The notes: generated from the sequence alone by a model not told the origin. A stretch of DNA of 64,000 nt from Chlamydia trachomatis (GCA_945905275.1 CAMDPQ010000001.1:30-64029); one strand, 5' to 3'. Shown: positions 29,275 through 39,430, counted from the first letter of the stretch. Numbers and translations are program-made.

Positions 29275-29697
29275 TTAACTGGCTCTCACAGATGTTTTTT
29301 TCGATCCTAGCTTGCTACGCACGTCTAGGATTTTTTCCGGCACATCAACTTCACAAGATGAAAAGATTTTTTTATTAAAATTAATCTTTTTTTTATCAGC
29401 TTTTGAAGTCAAGACGGCCTGCCTCAGCACACTCTTTAAAGATATGCCTGGAACAACTTTATAAACTCCTGGGGATATTACCGCGCCAGAGACATTTATT
29501 TCAATCAGTGCTTGATTGTATTGCAATTTTTGCAGAACTAAAGTTTTTTTTGATGAATAGCTAAGAAGATGACTAGTAATGAAAAGGGAGCCTATAAAAG
29601 AGGAAATGAGCAATAAAATGACCCATTCCCTCGCTTTCAAGCCCACCTTACCCATAAAAAACACCAGTATAAGAGGGATCTTATGAAGCATCCCCAA
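29275..29697 (-). CDS. ComEA-like SLBB-domain membrane protein lacking the helix-hairpin-helix DNA-binding module
   Basis: An N-terminal TM segment followed by IEINVSGAVISPGVYKVVPGISLKSVLRQAV...ADKKKINFNKKIFSSCEVDVP, which matches the SLBB N-domain of ComEA. The protein ends about 25 aa later with no HhH repeats. An alternative start at Met-15 (29655) would remove the overlap with the upstream pseudogene. Confidence 0.55.
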   Translation of the reverse strand: MGMLHKIPLILVFFMGKVGLKAREWVILLLISSFIGSLFITSHLLSYSSKKTLVLQKLQYNQALIEINVSGAVISPGVYKVVPGISLKSVLRQAVLTSKADKKKINFNKKIFSSCEVDVPEKILDVRSKLGSKKTSVRAS

Positions 29698-30356
29698 TGA
29701 CAGTTGGTTTTACAACTATTTGATTATAAAAATAACCCAGCAATTTCAAGCTTAAACAACAAGTGGCCAGGCCCATACCAAGCACCGGTAACATCACATC
29801 AGCAGCGAAAAACCACCCTAGCACACCCACGCAACTTGCAGCGAACCCTATCGCCTGCTGAGCCACTTCAACCTTTGAGTGACCCGCCCCAAAACCAGAA
29901 GAACACTGGGCCTGACAAACCTCATCATTGAATCGCACAGCATTTACTGCTAGACCAAGCACGCTTGAGATACCCGCGACAGACGGAGCTGCTGCACCCA
30001 AGGAAATCTATCCAGCTTCGGAAAAACCATTGAGAGTTCCCGTCAAATCATTCGCCAGGAATAAAGCTCGCTTAGATACCTCATTCACAGACGATGCCGT
30101 AGAGGAACAAGATTCGACAAGAGACCTAGGTAAAGCACATAGATCAATAATCGTTAACCCCTTACCACAGAGCTCACTCACATCAGCAGCCTTCTGGCAA
30201 TAAGCAGATCCCACTGCAACTTTTTGAAACCAATAACCTGCATGGTTAGCAACAGCTAAAGCATCCTGCACCCGATCAGAAAAGATCTAAATAATCCAGA
30301 ACATGGCCCATAAACCGAGGCTCCAAGGGAGCCGATCTAGCCATAACGTTATTCAT
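29681..30356 (-). pseudogene. Decayed paralog of the adjacent Cap1/Inc-like gene (one frameshift plus one in-frame TAG)
   Basis: There are three collinear pieces. (1) ATG 30356 opens MNNVMARSAPLEPRFMGHVLDYLDLF*. (2) A 1-nt frame shift leads into track ORF 30008..30271. (3) An in-frame TAG at 30008-30010 is followed by track ORF 29681..30001 in the same frame. Compared with the intact neighbour: MNNVMA vs MVNAVA, GYWFQKV vs GTFWAKY, IIDLCALPRSL vs IIGVADLPSKI, and PVLGMGLATCCLSL vs PVMLGLATLATGL in the C-terminal bilobed hydrophobic domain. Confidence 0.5.
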
Positions 30357-30438
30357 AATCTATACCCCTAAGTACACAACATAAGCCTATCTACTGACTT
30401 ACGTTCTAAAAAAATAATCGAAAGGCACAAGACAAAAC

Positions 30439-31071
30439 TCAATCAGTATGAGAATGGATATTCTTCTCAAAGTGAGTCGCAATAGCTAATCCAGTCGCCA
30501 AAGTAGCTAGACCCAACATAACCGGAACGGCAACCTTCATAAAAAGGGAGGCAACACCGAATACACCTAATGAGATATGAGATACTAGAGAGGCGACTTT
30601 AAGGAAGCGCGCAGTCGGAGTCAGCGTCCTGTTTGACGGCTGGGAAATTATATCATACAAGCTCTTCCCAGAGACTACTATCGAACCAACACTACTAGTC
30701 CCTTTCAGGGCAGTTATAGTCGTCGCCGGAATCGAAACAAAAAAGGTATTTGCCAGCTCCGCAGTATCCTTGGCCGCAGATAATACTGCCGTACCAGCAG
30801 ATAAAGTAGAAAAAGAAAACATCGACGAACCTTCGGCTTGATATCCTGCTATAAATTTTTGAATCTTTGACGGAAGATCCGCAACACCTATAATCGTTGC
30901 CGCCTGTTTCGTAACAGTGCCTAACTCCACAATAGATTCCGATACCCCTGGATTACAGTATTTTGCCCAGAAAGTACCCTGATGAATCAGCTTAAAAACA
31001 TTTTCTATAAAACTAGCTTCGGAAACACCTTGAGACCACACATCACTTGCGCTTGCAACTGCATTAACCAT
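30439..31071 (-). CDS. Inclusion-membrane-type protein with a C-terminal bilobed hydrophobic domain (Cap1-like by position and architecture)
   Basis: 210 aa. A soluble Ala/Ser/Thr-rich N-part is followed by two adjacent hydrophobic helices (VSHISLGVFGVASLFMKV-AVPVMLGLATLATGLAIATHF). It lies between rplC and fmt, where C. trachomatis carries the Inc protein Cap1 (from memory). Confidence 0.55.
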   Translation of the reverse strand: MVNAVASASDVWSQGVSEASFIENVFKLIHQGTFWAKYCNPGVSESIVELGTVTKQAATIIGVADLPSKIQKFIAGYQAEGSSMFSFSTLSAGTAVLSAAKDTAELANTFFVSIPATTITALKGTSSVGSIVVSGKSLYDIISQPSNRTLTPTARFLKVASLVSHISLGVFGVASLFMKVAVPVMLGLATLATGLAIATHFEKNIHSHTD

Positions 31072-31199
31072 CGAATCAACCCCTGATATTTTTAAGTAGT
31101 CTTTTACTGGTATCTTTAAACGATCTTAATTATGCATTAACAAAAGATTCTAGTAAAGACGGAAAAGAGATAAACTATTTTTAGGAAAAAGAGATGGCT

Positions 31200-32144
31200 T
31201 TAAGAAATAAAGGAAATTTTCCCTGTAACGCCTCGCAAAAACTCAGAAGAGGGCATGGATTTTTTACCCTCAAGCTGAACCTGATGAAGCCTTAAAACCC
31301 CATCTAAACAGGCTATATCCAAATAGAGGCTACTAGCCAGAATAGTACCGGGCATGGAGATAGATCCGTGGACAACAGAACAAGACGTAATCTTTAAACG
31401 TTTCCCTTCGCCTCCAATAAAAACTGTACACCAAGCCCCAGGCAAAGGAGAAAAAGCTCTAATTTTATTTTTATTTACAGAAACAGAATCCGTCCATTTG
31501 ATTTCAGAATCCTCTGGAGAGATTTTGGACGCAAAAGTCACCTGACTGAGATCTTGCCTTGTTTTATTTTTATAATAACAATCAAAGTCCCTAATAACGC
31601 GAGGAACCAAATCAAAACTTGCCTCTAACAACTTAGTTTCAAGCTGACCAAAATTCATATCTTCTGTTAAGTCTACTTTTGAGACAGCCAGCATATCTCC
31701 AGCATCCATCTGTTTGACCATTTCTATAACAGTGATCCCTGACTCAGAACAACCATCCATAATACATCTATGAATAGGAGCTGCTCCTCTATATTTCGGA
31801 AGTACGCTTGCGTGCAAATTAATACAACCTTTCACAGGTAGATCAAGAATATTCTGCTTTAAAATCTCTCCGTAGGCCACAACAAAAAAAAGATCTGCAC
31901 TATAACCAGCCAATATCTGCTGAGATTCAATCGCAGATGCTTGTTCAGGTTGATAGACGGGGATATGAGAATGGGAATCAAGTAGGACTTTTTTAACAGG
32001 GGATGGGCGCATTTGAAGAGCCCTACCCTGCAGACGATCGGGACGAGTCACAACAGCTACAATTTCAAAGGCTTGAGAAATTAATTGCTGAAGAATACAA
32101 GCTGCAAACTCCGATGTCCCAAAAAAAACAATTCGCATAGACAA
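31200..32144 (-). CDS. fmt: Methionyl-tRNA formyltransferase
   Basis: MRIVFFGTSEFA...INLHASVLPKYRGAAPIHRCIMDG. Confidence 0.96.
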   Translation of the reverse strand: MSMRIVFFGTSEFAACILQQLISQAFEIVAVVTRPDRLQGRALQMRPSPVKKVLLDSHSHIPVYQPEQASAIESQQILAGYSADLFFVVAYGEILKQNILDLPVKGCINLHASVLPKYRGAAPIHRCIMDGCSESGITVIEMVKQMDAGDMLAVSKVDLTEDMNFGQLETKLLEASFDLVPRVIRDFDCYYKNKTRQDLSQVTFASKISPEDSEIKWTDSVSVNKNKIRAFSPLPGAWCTVFIGGEGKRLKITSCSVVHGSISMPGTILASSLYLDIACLDGVLRLHQVQLEGKKSMPSSEFLRGVTGKISFIS

Positions 32145-32147
32145 GAA

Positions 32148-32999
32148 CTAAACCTTTACCTCGAGCAACCCTTCAAGCTCTTTCATCTCCTCATCTTCTT
32201 CTTGCAGGGATTGAACAACCCCTTGAAGACCGATTAAGCCTCTCTTGGACGTCCTGCAAAATTCAATCCAATGCTGCACATGAGAGGTCATTAAAACCTC
32301 ATCTTCAATTCTCAGCAAAGCTTCAGAGAGTCGCAAGCCAGACCTATATGTTAATTTAAAAGCTTGAGCCAAGGCCCTTCGCTCATCAAGACTAAAGTTA
32401 TGTCTTTTGAGCCCGATCAAATTCAATCCGCCTAACTTATACGGCGAGCCCGCACCAATTGTATAGGGAGGGATATCATGACTGACACGACTCAATCCAC
32501 CCACCATAGCATGTTTACCAATCTTTGAAAACTGATGCACTGGAGTCATACCCCCAATAATCGCACAATCTTCTACAATTACATGGCCGGCAAGCATCGC
32601 TCCATTGGCCATAATCACTCTATTGCCAATCTCACAGTTATGCGCTACATGACAATATGCCATTAATAAACACTGATCACCAATACGCACGACCGAACCC
32701 TCTTGGCAAGAAGAGTTAATAGTCACAAATTCTCTAATCTCACAGTTTTTTCCGATTACAACGTAAGTATTTTCACCCTTAAACTTCAAATCTTGTGTCT
32801 TAGTACCCACGCTCGCGGAAGGCCAAATAACTGTACCGTCTCCTATAGTGGTATTACCGTCTATATAAGCAAAAGACTTGATTGTTACATTGTCTCCAAG
32901 AGTGACAGTACCCTTTACGACAGCATAAGCCTCAATGGTTACATTCTTGCCGATTTGCGCACCAGATTCTACGACTGCTGAGGGATGAATATTAGACAT
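32148..32999 (-). CDS. lpxA: UDP-N-acetylglucosamine acyltransferase
   Basis: N-terminal IHPSAVVESGAQIGKNVTIEAYAVV hexapeptide repeats and a helical C-terminus. It lies in the fabZ-lpxA context. Confidence 0.95.
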   Translation of the reverse strand: MSNIHPSAVVESGAQIGKNVTIEAYAVVKGTVTLGDNVTIKSFAYIDGNTTIGDGTVIWPSASVGTKTQDLKFKGENTYVVIGKNCEIREFVTINSSCQEGSVVRIGDQCLLMAYCHVAHNCEIGNRVIMANGAMLAGHVIVEDCAIIGGMTPVHQFSKIGKHAMVGGLSRVSHDIPPYTIGAGSPYKLGGLNLIGLKRHNFSLDERRALAQAFKLTYRSGLRLSEALLRIEDEVLMTSHVQHWIEFCRTSKRGLIGLQGVVQSLQEEDEEMKELEGLLEVKV

Positions 33000-33041
33000 G
33001 TGAATCCAACTTTAGCATGTTTTGAACAATTCCATTTTAAT

Positions 33042-33509
33042 CTATAACTGCTCTTTATCAATAAGAGCAAAACCTATTTCCGCTTCGACTGCCAATTGAT
33101 CATTAACAGTAGCTTTAGCTAGAACGCGCCCACCCTTACCGCTAATGTGAATTCCTGCAGCATGCAACATCAACACATCGCCTGGAACAACGGGTCTTCG
33201 AAATTTAGCATTTTTTACGCTTAAAAGAACCGCAATCTTTTGGTTATACCCTTTTTGATGCACTAAAATACCACCTGTCTGCGCTAAAGCCTCGAGGATA
33301 AGGACACCGGGCATAATAGGAGCTTCTGGGAAGTGACCTTGAAAAAACTGTTCATTAATGGTTAAGTTCTTTTGACCAATGATCACATTCTCGTCTAGGT
33401 TCATATACACGATTCGATCTACAAGAAGAAAGGGGTACCTGTGAGGTAATATATTTGCAATTTCCTTCACATTAAAAATGATAGGATGACTTAAAGTTTG
33501 CAGAGGCAT
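33042..33509 (-). CDS. fabZ: 3-hydroxyacyl-ACP dehydratase FabZ
   Basis: LPHRYPFLLVDR...FFQGHFPEAPIMPGVLILEALAQ. Confidence 0.97.
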   Translation of the reverse strand: MPLQTLSHPIIFNVKEIANILPHRYPFLLVDRIVYMNLDENVIIGQKNLTINEQFFQGHFPEAPIMPGVLILEALAQTGGILVHQKGYNQKIAVLLSVKNAKFRRPVVPGDVLMLHAAGIHISGKGGRVLAKATVNDQLAVEAEIGFALIDKEQL

Positions 33510-34411
33510 CAGGAAATCTCCAACTGAATGTGATTTAACAATTCTTTCGCAAACGCATTATTAGCATAGTGCCCGGAGCGGATTGCAATAACATGAGCCA
33601 GAAACGGAACCCCTATGAGAGACAAATCTCCAATCATATCAAGAGCCTTATGACGAGCCATCTCATTGGCGAATCGTAACCCTTCAGGATTCATCACTTT
33701 ATCATCTTTAACAATCACCGCATTATCCAGACTACCACCCTTGAGCAACCCTCTTTCTATAAAAGGAAGAATCTCTTCATACAAAGAAAATGTCCTACAA
33801 GGAGCGACCTCTCTTTTAAAACGATCCGCATTTACCTGTACAGTGAAAAATTGAGAATGAAGCAATTGAGAATGAGGATAATGAAGTGTATAACTAATTT
33901 TATATTCTTCTGAAGGCAGAGCAACAATATGGATATCTCCCTGAGACCAATAAACTGGCTCTAGCAGTTGATATACCGGTATTTGCTGATCGAGAAGCGC
34001 AATCCCTGCTTCTTCGATCATCTGCACAAACTCTAAAGAACTCCCATCAAATACAGGAATCTCTGGGCCATCTAACTGAATAAGGAGATTATCAACTCCA
34101 CAAGCGGTAAGAGCCGCTAAGACATGCTCTACAGTCTGTATGAATACGTCACCGCAGCCCAGAATCGTGCAGCGAGGAGTCCCCTGCACATTTTGTAATT
34201 GACCGGCCAAACGAGGACTGCCCTTTAAATCCACACGCTGAAACACAATGCCATGGCCAGCAGGAGCAGGAATAAACTTCAACTCAGAAGAGACCCCGCT
34301 AAAAAGGCCAATCCCTTTTCGCGCTACTTCTTTAGATAAAGTTCCCCCTTGCTTAATTACCCCTGGAGACAACTTTTTTTTTGAGATTGCAATATCACAC
34401 AGAACTGTCAA
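33509..34411 (-). CDS. lpxC: UDP-3-O-acyl-N-acetylglucosamine deacetylase
   Basis: TVEHVLAAL...CRTF...HKALDMIGDLSLIG...SGH are LpxC signatures. The true start is probably internal. Confidence 0.94.
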   Translation of the reverse strand: MTVLCDIAISKKKLSPGVIKQGGTLSKEVARKGIGLFSGVSSELKFIPAPAGHGIVFQRVDLKGSPRLAGQLQNVQGTPRCTILGCGDVFIQTVEHVLAALTACGVDNLLIQLDGPEIPVFDGSSLEFVQMIEEAGIALLDQQIPVYQLLEPVYWSQGDIHIVALPSEEYKISYTLHYPHSQLLHSQFFTVQVNADRFKREVAPCRTFSLYEEILPFIERGLLKGGSLDNAVIVKDDKVMNPEGLRFANEMARHKALDMIGDLSLIGVPFLAHVIAIRSGHYANNAFAKELLNHIQLEIS

Positions 34412-34593
34412 AGATACCTCGATTGCGCCAACTTTAAAACATTAGGAAATGTCATCGAATTAAACTGTGTAATACGATAACCAAAATAGATTATTTTGAG
34501 CAAGCCTATTTATCCACCCCACCTCCCTGGAAGTTCATTAAAAAAACCCTTAAATACATATCGAAATACAAAATGGATGAACATAAAAGATAT

Positions 34594-36243
34594 TTACAGA
34601 ATATGGAATAATGCACGATACCCGAGCCCAATTAGAAAGATGAGCAGAGATACAACACAAAAACCGACAATAACTACATCCCCCCAGTAGGTATACAAGG
34701 TATTTTCCACCTCCAACACAACCCTCTGAAATAAAGCCCCTTTTTCAGGAGAACCGGTCCATGATTGAGCAGGCAACTGAGACAGCACCCGTCCTTTATG
34801 ATCAATAAAGCAAGTAACCCCCGTATTACAAGCTCTCAGCAAATAAACCCCATTTTCCACTGCCCTAATTTTACTATGAGAACAATGTTGCATAGGAAGG
34901 TTTGTATTGGGGTACCATCCATCATTAGTGAGATTCACGAAAAAGCGAGCCCCCCTCCGGCGTGCATCTCGCATAATAGATGGAAACGTCTCTTCGATGC
35001 AAATAGAGACCCCAGCTTGCAGGTCCTTACCTAGTAATTTCGAAAAAGACCCAGGGGTAAAAAATTCAGTAATCCCATACCTTTTTGTTATGTTTTTCAA
35101 AAAAGACCAAGGCAAAGTTTCAGCTAAAGGCAATAAAATCTGTTTTTCATAGCGAGATATCTTTTCGGAATAAGGGGTAAAATAAAATGCCGCATTGTAA
35201 TGCTTTCCAGAACCCTTATCCGTTTGATCAAACCCTGCAATAACCTGCGATTCCAAATGATTTGCGAGCACCTGACACCAAAAAGCATTAGATACAAACC
35301 AATTCCCACTAATCTTTTTTCCATAAGGAGCAGACAGAGTAGGTAAAGCACGTTCTATGTCCACACCAAAAGCATTCAACTGATCCAAAACATGGGGCAA
35401 AGGGTAAATACAAGAATCAAATCCAGCAAAGACTACGGATTCTGGAAAAACCACTAAATCAACATCCCTTAGGCGATAAGAGGATGCTAATAAAAACAAA
35501 TCCCGCCACTGGGTATTAAGAGGGATAAAATCGTGTAAAAAATTCCGTAGAGGTGTTTTCTGTGAAGGAGATAGCCCTGGCTGAATTAGCAAAGCATTCA
35601 AAGAACTTAACCCCTCATTCTTTTTATTGGAAAAACCTAAACTCACCAATCCAAAGCAATAAGGAAATAATGCAATCGACATCCAAACCCACCAACCTCT
35701 ACCACCACTCCCTCTATAGGCCTTGAGGAATAAGGCATTGGAAAAAAACACCAAATAAGACAACCCGAACACCCCGAAAATCGAGGCCAGCTGCATAGAT
35801 GGGACATAACAGGCAAGAGCCATTCCTGCAAAATTAAACGTAAAACCACAAAAGAAAAACAACCTAAGCCACTCGCTAAGAGTTGCAAACGCTGCAATGG
35901 CAAAAACAGAACGCAGAGATAGAGTAGGACAAAAAAACACAAATTTGGTAATCCAACCAAACTGTAATCCTAATACAATCGATAAAAGAAGGTACACAGC
36001 AACAATGTACAACCCCTGGTATTTCGTCGAAGCCATCCAAGATATTTGCACAAGCTGAACGAGAAAAAACCAAAGAGCTGCTATCCAAAACCTACGCCTA
36101 AGAACAACCACCTGATCTAGAGAAACCCAAAACAAAGCGTACCCTAAAGAAGCAGCTAAAGGACCCGCAAAAGGAATCCAAGCAGGCTGTCCAAAACCAA
36201 CGCAGAGGAAACTTAGAAGGAAAAAACCAACGCTTTTGATCAC
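34594..36243 (-). CDS. lnt: Apolipoprotein N-acyltransferase
   Basis: 549 aa with a multi-TM N-terminal half, a C-terminal CN-hydrolase domain (VVFPES..., GVSICIEETF, NLTNDGWY), and one C-terminal TM segment. Confidence 0.92.
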   Translation of the reverse strand: MIKSVGFFLLSFLCVGFGQPAWIPFAGPLAASLGYALFWVSLDQVVVLRRRFWIAALWFFLVQLVQISWMASTKYQGLYIVAVYLLLSIVLGLQFGWITKFVFFCPTLSLRSVFAIAAFATLSEWLRLFFFCGFTFNFAGMALACYVPSMQLASIFGVFGLSYLVFFSNALFLKAYRGSGGRGWWVWMSIALFPYCFGLVSLGFSNKKNEGLSSLNALLIQPGLSPSQKTPLRNFLHDFIPLNTQWRDLFLLASSYRLRDVDLVVFPESVVFAGFDSCIYPLPHVLDQLNAFGVDIERALPTLSAPYGKKISGNWFVSNAFWCQVLANHLESQVIAGFDQTDKGSGKHYNAAFYFTPYSEKISRYEKQILLPLAETLPWSFLKNITKRYGITEFFTPGSFSKLLGKDLQAGVSICIEETFPSIMRDARRRGARFFVNLTNDGWYPNTNLPMQHCSHSKIRAVENGVYLLRACNTGVTCFIDHKGRVLSQLPAQSWTGSPEKGALFQRVVLEVENTLYTYWGDVVIVGFCVVSLLIFLIGLGYRALFHIL

Positions 36244-36262
36244 AAAAAATAAATACGTAAAA

Positions 36263-36730
36263 TTAAACTAACTTCTTGTCTACGGATGGAGACTTCTTTT
36301 TGCTGGCATTACCCTGAGATAATAACAAAAACAACCCCCCGACTAAACCTAAATTTTTGGAAAACATGATCATCTCCATCACTTGAGAAGGGCCCGTTTT
36401 ATTCCAAAAATCATGCATAAGCAATGTAACCGGAATAAGGAATAATAACAACATGACAGCACCCAATCTCAAGTTCCAGCTAAATAACACAAAGATGCCT
36501 CCGCACAGCTTTAAAAAAACGGCCACGGCAAAAAAAAGAGTTATATTCGATAAAATCACATGAATCGCTGGCATAATCCAGAAACCAATAACTCCGGCAG
36601 TTAAAGAACTTGTCAGTGAACCGATAACATACTGTTCTTGGATATTCCAATTTAATACGTCTTGTAGGCCGCTAAAGATAAAAATCGCAGTTATACAAGC
36701 TCTACCGAGAAAAGCAAAAACCGTCTGCAT
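36263..36730 (-). CDS. DoxX-family membrane protein
   Basis: Four TM segments. LGRACITAIFIFSGLQDV and FLKLCGGIFVLF are typical of DoxX. The start is set at Met-20 of the track ORF (ATG 36730). Confidence 0.65.
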   Translation of the reverse strand: MQTVFAFLGRACITAIFIFSGLQDVLNWNIQEQYVIGSLTSSLTAGVIGFWIMPAIHVILSNITLFFAVAVFLKLCGGIFVLFSWNLRLGAVMLLLFLIPVTLLMHDFWNKTGPSQVMEMIMFSKNLGLVGGLFLLLSQGNASKKKSPSVDKKLV

Positions 36731-37139
36731 AAATACCCCCAATTCGCAGTTCAAGTATTGTATATATAAATCCGCTCTAAAAATCACTTACATTTGCAAA
36801 GCAAACGAAAAAACCGTTCCGAGCAAACCTGAGCCTTAATATCCTCGCTGACCACATTCTCTTGAAGGCCACACCGTCTGAACACCCTCTATTCATCAGA
36901 AAAGAGTCAACCACAGAGGGGTTTTTACGATATGCGATCCGCCAATGCAAACAGGCTAACTTAGAGACTCCTGGACGATTGGTGAATCCTCTGGAATGCA
37001 AGCGCAAAGTTGAACCTTTGTTTCTATTCTATACTTTGGTATAAATGATCCCATTCACATTGAGTGTCGCTAAAAAGAAAGCGACTCTGTTACTACCTCG
37101 ATCTAGAATCAATTAATCTTTTTACTAAAGACATAAGCC

Positions 37140-38282
37140 ATGAGCAAATATTTTAGAGATTTTCACCTAATGAGACTTCTTAAAGGATTCTCTACTCAAG
37201 GACTCCCTTTAGATCTATTCATTAGAAATTATATCAAAGCGAATAAATCCATAGGCTCACATGATCGACGGTTTTTAGCCGAAACCATCTATACTATATT
37301 TAGATGGCTTGGTCTAATTGACTACCTTTGCGGGAAAAAGCACTCATGGGAAGAGAGATACGAGATATTCAAAACCTTAGATACTACTACAGCCCATAAA
37401 AATCCAGCACTTCCTCCTCACGTGGCAGTCAGCTTCCCTAAAGGACTGTACGACCTTATTAAATCAGGCTTAGGAGAGGCTAAAACCAAAGAATTCTGTC
37501 TTATTAGTAATACACAAGCTCCTACTACACTTAGAATCAACCCCTTAAAGACAGATCGACAATCTCTCATGAATCTTTGGGAAGGAACATATGAAGTCAG
37601 AGCATGCACTCAATCACCTCTTGGGATTATTTTTAAAAAACGAGAGAATTTCTTTGGCATGGATGAATTCAAGCAAGGTTTATTTGAAATGCAAGATGAG
37701 GGCAGCCAGCTTGTAGCCTTTTTAGTAGATGCTCAACCTGGTCAACAAGTCTTAGACTTTTGTAGCGGATCAGGAGGCAAAACATTAGCTTTTGCACAGA
37801 GGCTAGATTCGACAGGTCAAATTTATTTACATGACATTAGACCTCACTCTCTAGTAGAAGCGAAAAAACGGCTAAAAAGAGCTGGTATTCAAAATGCACA
37901 AATCCTCCAATATGATGACAAAAAAAAGAAAACCCTAAAAAATACGATGGATTGGGTTCTCGTTGACGCCCCTTGCACTGGATCTGGAACATTACGAAGA
38001 AATCCTGATATGAAATGGCGATTTGATCCCCAAACGATTGTAAAAATACAAGAAGAGCAACGAGTCATTTTTGCAGAAGCACTTGAATTTGTAAAACCAG
38101 GAGGTAAAATTGTCTATGCAACCTGTAGTATATTACCCCATGAAAACACAGATCAGATGACCCATTTTTTACACAACCACTCAATTAAATTGGTAGGATC
38201 GCCTTTAGAAATCTCTCCTACTATAGATGGAATGGATGGCTTTTTTGGTGCTGTTTTTGAAAAAGACACCAATATGGCATAA
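37140..38282 (+). CDS. NOL1/NOP2/Sun (RsmB-like) RNA m5C methyltransferase
   Basis: SAM motif VLDFCSGSGGKTL plus the catalytic motifs DAPCTGSGTLRRNPDMKWR and YATCSILPHEN. Confidence 0.9.
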   Translation: MSKYFRDFHLMRLLKGFSTQGLPLDLFIRNYIKANKSIGSHDRRFLAETIYTIFRWLGLIDYLCGKKHSWEERYEIFKTLDTTTAHKNPALPPHVAVSFPKGLYDLIKSGLGEAKTKEFCLISNTQAPTTLRINPLKTDRQSLMNLWEGTYEVRACTQSPLGIIFKKRENFFGMDEFKQGLFEMQDEGSQLVAFLVDAQPGQQVLDFCSGSGGKTLAFAQRLDSTGQIYLHDIRPHSLVEAKKRLKRAGIQNAQILQYDDKKKKTLKNTMDWVLVDAPCTGSGTLRRNPDMKWRFDPQTIVKIQEEQRVIFAEALEFVKPGGKIVYATCSILPHENTDQMTHFLHNHSIKLVGSPLEISPTIDGMDGFFGAVFEKDTNMA

Positions 38283-38365
38283 TAGATTGCAATTAGAGCA
38301 GTTTTTTGACTAAACTAAACCTGCAATAAACACCTAAAGCTTTAAGTTGACGGAAGGAATTACAT

Positions 38366-39430
38366 ATGAGACTACTTTCTATTCTAGGGACGCTTACACT
38401 GGTTGCAGTCAGCTCTAACATCCACGCGAACGTAAATTTACTAACCCCACCACCGCCTCAACAGCAGCAGCTCATTGTTAATAATCGGATTCTAACGAAA
38501 GTGAATGAACAAACGATCTCTGTTCTCGATGTTATGAAAAAAATGGATGTATTTTTAAATCGTTACTACCCAGAGTACGCCAACTCCATTAATGCAAGAC
38601 ATCAATATTTCACCTCCCAGTGGAGAGCCACGTTAACACAAATGATCGATAACGAGTTGATGCTAGCCGATGCTGAAAAACTAGAATTAAAAGTGACTGA
38701 TGCTGAGGTGAGAGAAGCTATACTGGAGAGATTCGGGCCTAACATTATGATTTCCCTTGATAAACTCCAGCTATCTTATGAAGAAGCCCGCAAAATGGTG
38801 CATACCGATATTATTGCGGAGAAAATGACATGGTATCGCATTAACTCAAAAGCTGTGCAGTCTGTAAATCCACAAGACATCAAACAGGCCTACAAAAGCT
38901 ATCTCATTAAAAACCCCGCAAAAGAACAGTGGGAATATGAAGTACTCTCTATCAGAACTAAAAGTGAAGAGGCCGGCAAACTGTTTGCTGAAAAGACTTA
39001 TGCGATGATGCAGACCTCTGAACAGTCTTTTGAAGAACTCGTCCAAGACTTAAAGAATGAATGCACAGATGACCCTGAGATCTCTATCAACCTCTCAGAA
39101 GAATTTAAAACGGATACAAAAACGATTTCCGATTCGCATAAGCAAGCTTTAATGAGCCTGGTTGTCAACTCTATTAGTGAGCCTATCAGACAACTCAGCA
39201 AAGCCGATCAAAGCGTGGTTTATCGAATTTTTCACCTGAAGAACCACATAAAACTCCCACAGCAATCCTTCTCAAAAGTAGCTAATAAGCTAAGAGAGGA
39301 ACTTCTCAACATCGCTGCGACTAAAGAATCTGCATTGTATTTAGGAAAAATTCGAAAGAAATTCGGTTACGACTCCCAATCCATACAGCAAGAAATCCCA
39401 GCAGACTTTCAACCCTTTGTACTAAAATAA
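38366..39430 (+). CDS. Periplasmic SurA-N-domain chaperone-like protein
   Basis: Signal peptide, then NNRILTKVNEQTISVLDV...LTQMIDNELMLADAEKLELKVTDAEV, which follows the SurA/PpiD N-domain pattern. I saw no clear parvulin motif. Confidence 0.55.
   Translation: MRLLSILGTLTLVAVSSNIHANVNLLTPPPPQQQQLIVNNRILTKVNEQTISVLDVMKKMDVFLNRYYPEYANSINARHQYFTSQWRATLTQMIDNELMLADAEKLELKVTDAEVREAILERFGPNIMISLDKLQLSYEEARKMVHTDIIAEKMTWYRINSKAVQSVNPQDIKQAYKSYLIKNPAKEQWEYEVLSIRTKSEEAGKLFAEKTYAMMQTSEQSFEELVQDLKNECTDDPEISINLSEEFKTDTKTISDSHKQALMSLVVNSISEPIRQLSKADQSVVYRIFHLKNHIKLPQQSFSKVANKLREELLNIAATKESALYLGKIRKKFGYDSQSIQQEIPADFQPFVLK

Noticed and set aside
36777-37007. 76-aa minus-strand ORF upstream of DoxX
   Set aside because: It is arginine-rich, overlaps the implausible N-terminal extension of DoxX, and has no motif. 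The region is reported only as an unexplained intergenic stretch.
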